Positions 61,337-64,000 of a stretch of DNA of 64,000 nucleotides are shown piece after piece (the first letter of the stretch is position 1; the number at the start of each line of letters is the position of its first letter). The notes below the pieces were generated by a model. The model saw only the letters and a list, made by a program, of their open reading frames with translations, did not search any database and was not told where the DNA came from. A program made the position numbers and the translations under genes. The stretch is from Bryobacteraceae bacterium. Lineage in GTDB: Bacteria > Acidobacteriota > Terriglobia > Bryobacterales > Bryobacteraceae. The stretch is taken from positions 4,581-68,580 of the forward strand of contig JBEKLB010000018.1 in NCBI GenBank assembly GCA_050010415.1, given 5' to 3'.

Positions 61337-62637
61337 AAGTCGGGCCGGACAAATCTGCCAGGGGTGCGTGCGACGATTTCACCGGATACAAATATGGTCT
61401 CACCGCGACGGATGGTGCGCCGGACAGAGCCGCGGAAAGTAGAGCCGATGTACGGGCTCAAGGCGTGCCGGTGTTTCAGATGTTCGGCCTGCAATTGAGA
61501 CGATCGGGAAATATCCACCAGAGCCAGGTCCGCATCCATGCCGACAGCGATAGCGCCCTTCGATCGGATTCTGAACCTGCGGGCGGGTTCAGACGCAACT
61601 AGCGAGGAGATCCGTTCGAACGTGAGCTGCCGGCAGTGGTGACCGCGATCGAGCAGCACGGCCAGGGTTGACTGCACGCCGGCGATCCCGCCCCAGGCCT
61701 TTCCGAAATCGCCGGTCTTCATTTCCGGTGGCGCGGGCGAATGATCCGATGCAACCATGTCGACTGTCCCCGCGAGCAATTGCGTCCAAAGAGCATCTTG
61801 ATCCACGGCGCTGCGCAGCGGTGGCGCACACTTCGCGACAGCGCCCAGCCGCTCCACATCATCTTCCGTGAAGAAGAGATAGTGCGGGCAGGTTTCGATG
61901 GAAACATCGGTACCTTGCGCACGAGCTTCGGCGGCCAGTGCCACTCCGCGTCCCGAGCTGACGTGAACGATATGCAGCTTCGCGCCCGCCTCACGGGCCA
62001 GCAAGGTGGCGCGCTGGATGGCTTCCAGTTCAGCGATCACCGGGCGAGAGTTGAGAAAATCCCGGACGCTCCCGTTCTCGATTCGTCGCGTGAGACCTTG
62101 GGTGATCTCCTGGCTTTCGGCGTGTACGGCGACGGGCAAGCCGAGCCGCGCTGCTTCGCGCAGACCCTCGAACAGAGTAAGATCGTCAGCGCGTGGAAAC
62201 TCAGGCAAACCGGAATCGCACAGAAATGCTTTGAAGCCGACCACGCCGCGATCGGCCAGCTCAGCCATTTGCGGGATGTTGCCAGGAATCAATCCTCCCC
62301 AAAGAGCAAAATCGGTGATGGAAGATTGCGCCAGCGCAGCGCGCTTTTGGTCGAACGCCGCGGCAGAGACAGTACAAGGCGTCGAGTTGAGAGGCATGTC
62401 GAAGAAAAGGGTTCCGCCTCCCGCCGCCAAAGCGCTGCTCCCGGTTGCGGCACCCTCCCAATTGGTCCGCCCAGGCTCGTTGAAATGCAGATGCACGTCG
62501 ATCAGGCCTGGGAAGATGTGCAATCCACGTGCGTCGATCTCTTCAGTGGCTCCCGGAAGCTCGGGCCCGATCCCGGCGATTTTGCCATCCTCAATCGCGA
62601 TGTCGAGCGTGTCGCCTCTCAGCACCGTGTCAGCCAT
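61324..62637 (-). CDS. allB: Allantoinase (cyclic amidohydrolase)
   Basis: GLIDVHLHFNEPGRTNWEGAATGSSALAAGGGTLFFDMPLNS, the carboxylated-Lys context GFKAFLC, VHAES, and SDHSP. ATG 62637 is preferred. The ORF is open to 62694. Confidence 0.88.
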   Translation of the reverse strand: MADTVLRGDTLDIAIEDGKIAGIGPELPGATEEIDARGLHIFPGLIDVHLHFNEPGRTNWEGAATGSSALAAGGGTLFFDMPLNSTPCTVSAAAFDQKRAALAQSSITDFALWGGLIPGNIPQMAELADRGVVGFKAFLCDSGLPEFPRADDLTLFEGLREAARLGLPVAVHAESQEITQGLTRRIENGSVRDFLNSRPVIAELEAIQRATLLAREAGAKLHIVHVSSGRGVALAAEARAQGTDVSIETCPHYLFFTEDDVERLGAVAKCAPPLRSAVDQDALWTQLLAGTVDMVASDHSPAPPEMKTGDFGKAWGGIAGVQSTLAVLLDRGHHCRQLTFERISSLVASEPARRFRIRSKGAIAVGMDADLALVDISRSSQLQAEHLKHRHALSPYIGSTFRGSVRRTIRRGETIFVSGEIVARTPGRFVRPDLCTN

Positions 62638-63823
62638 GTCGTCGCTCCAGTGCCTCGAGAAAGCGCATCCCCACTTCCAGCGCAGCTTCGACATCTTCGA
62701 TCAAAACTGTTTCATCGGGATGATGGCTAATCCCGCCCGGGCTGCGCACAAACAGCATCGCCGCCGGCATTCGGCGAGCGACAATCATGGCATCGTGGCC
62801 GGCCCCGCTTGCCATGCGATGAACCGTTCGACCGGTACTCATCACCGCCCGCTCCAGAAGCTCAACAAGTGCAGGGTCCATCCTGACAGCCGCTTGATCC
62901 AGACGCTGCTCCGAAGAAACTCGAAGGCAGCGGGCGGACGCAATCTGCGTGGCGCATCGCAAGAGCCTTGCAACCAGATGTTGACGAACAGCATCCTCTG
63001 TGTGCCGGACATCCAAACTGGTTGTGACCGAGCCCGGGATCACGTTGTCTGCGCCCGGAAGCGCAGCGATGCGGCCGACTGTCGCGACAGCGCCGGGCGT
63101 CGCGCGCGCTTCGCGCTCCACCGTGGATATCCATTCCGCCGCGCCAGCCAACGCGTCTTGTCGAAGATTCATCGGCGTGGTCCCGGCGTGGTTCGCTTTG
63201 CCTTCAAAGACCACGTCCAGACGGCTTTGGCCGGAGATGGCGTCGACAACGCCGAGCGGGAAGCCCAGGCTTTCGAGCACCGGTCCCTGCTCGATGTGAA
63301 ACTCAAGATATCCGAGGGCGTTGCCAGCGACGCGCGCTTCGCCGATACGATTCGCATCTAATCCGAACGCGGTGATCGCTGGGCCGATGCATGTTAACAG
63401 ATCGCTATCGATATCCCCGATCAGCGCACGGCTTCCGATGAAGGGAACGCCATAGCGCACGCCTTCCTCTTCGGAAAAACCGATGACCTCGATCGTAAAC
63501 GGCAGCCGGCGCCCCGCGAGTCTTTCGATCAATGTAACTGGGAGCACCACGCCCAGGATTCCATCGAACGCGCCAGCGCGGGGAACTGTGTCAAGGTGCG
63601 AACCGATGAACAAGCGCGGAGCATCGTTCCGATCAGATGCGTAGAGTCCTCGCAGATTGCCCGCATGATCCACGCTGACACTTAGGCCGGCCTTTTGCAT
63701 CCAACCGCGCAGCTGCTCGTGAACCTGGTGCATCGGCTGGGATAAAAACGTCCTGGTGGTGAAGCCAGGCTCTTCGCTAAATTCCGCCAGCACCCGGCAG
63801 CGGCCGATTACGTCATTCATCAC
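62630..63823 (-). CDS. Second M20-family amidohydrolase paralogue (AllC-like)
   Basis: [40 protein letters not shown] and [11 protein letters not shown]. The start is GTG 63823 or ATG 63820, overlapping the uraH stop. Confidence 0.85.
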   Translation of the reverse strand: MMNDVIGRCRVLAEFSEEPGFTTRTFLSQPMHQVHEQLRGWMQKAGLSVSVDHAGNLRGLYASDRNDAPRLFIGSHLDTVPRAGAFDGILGVVLPVTLIERLAGRRLPFTIEVIGFSEEEGVRYGVPFIGSRALIGDIDSDLLTCIGPAITAFGLDANRIGEARVAGNALGYLEFHIEQGPVLESLGFPLGVVDAISGQSRLDVVFEGKANHAGTTPMNLRQDALAGAAEWISTVEREARATPGAVATVGRIAALPGADNVIPGSVTTSLDVRHTEDAVRQHLVARLLRCATQIASARCLRVSSEQRLDQAAVRMDPALVELLERAVMSTGRTVHRMASGAGHDAMIVARRMPAAMLFVRSPGGISHHPDETVLIEDVEAALEVGMRFLEALERRHG

Positions 63824-64000
63824 GATCCCCGGTACGTGCTGTAACCATACGGGCTCAGCAAGAGCGGCACATGATAATTGCCAGCCGGGTCGGCCACGCC
63901 GAAGCGGATGACGATGTCATCCAAGAATGGCGGATCGGTCAACTCGGCTCCGGCGCGGCGAAAATAGTCCGCCACGTGAAACGTCAATTCGTAGACGCCC
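63820..64000 (-). CDS. uraH: 5-hydroxyisourate hydrolase (transthyretin-like), 3' part only
   Basis: Own translation of the minus strand: ...[59 protein letters not shown]. The C-terminal YRGS tetrapeptide is diagnostic of HIU hydrolases. Confidence 0.85.
   Translation of the reverse strand, partial: GVYELTFHVADYFRRAGAELTDPPFLDDIVIRFGVADPAGNYHVPLLLSPYGYSTYRGS

Noticed and set aside
61741-63361. 329-aa and 451-aa plus-strand ORFs opposite allantoinase and the M20 hydrolase
   Set aside because: They are shadow ORFs. The minus-strand genes carry the metal-ligand motifs.

Overview
High-GC bacterial chromosomal segment. Its domain idioms point to Acidobacteriota: a Sigma70_ECF-type sigma factor paired with a Ser/Thr kinase, TIGR03437-like Ig modules, CarboxypepD_reg-fused outer-membrane proteins and Gly/Tyr-rich exported proteins. 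I call about 55 protein genes. Most are on the minus strand and tightly packed, with many 1-19 nt start/stop overlaps (ATGA, GTGA, TTGA). The main blocks, in order: truB with a two-component system and a Nudix gene; zwf and a ROK glucokinase; a deacetylase-ACP-KAS-ABC exporter operon; arginine biosynthesis (pabAB-argD-methyltransferase, then a spacer, then argC-argB-GNAT); thiC; an ECF sigma + Ser/Thr kinase pair; mobA; cell-wall enzymes (SLT, AmiC-like); a REC-GGDEF regulator; a BamA / SurA-like / TamB envelope operon; a molybdenum-related island (MoeB-like, Mop, XRE-PBP regulator, modA, porin); malonyl-CoA decarboxylase; a second ECF/anti-sigma pair with an exported truncated globin; glnII; several exported hydrolases; and a purine/ureide catabolic cluster with an NCS2 permease. 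I recognised no rRNA, tRNA, CRISPR array, integrase or transposase by eye. Items worth a second look: (1) a small palindromic MITE-like element flanked by TTAG, present in two clear copies and one possible degenerate copy, each sitting on the stop codons of neighbouring genes; (2) a NodB/NodF/NodE-like operon whose ABC exporter is frameshifted and seems to carry an internal deletion; (3) a molybdate-linked regulator/Mop/PLP-enzyme operon divergent from a lone modA next to a fused porin; (4) a 9-bp x9 coding tandem repeat in the signal anchor of the SurA-like gene; (5) a second frameshifted gene, encoding a Gly/Arg/Tyr-rich exported protein; (6) repeats and ARG-box-like sites in a 324-bp spacer inside the arg cluster; (7) a ureide cluster with two M20 amidohydrolase paralogues. 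All functional calls rest on motif recognition by eye and memory of protein families. No searches were run.
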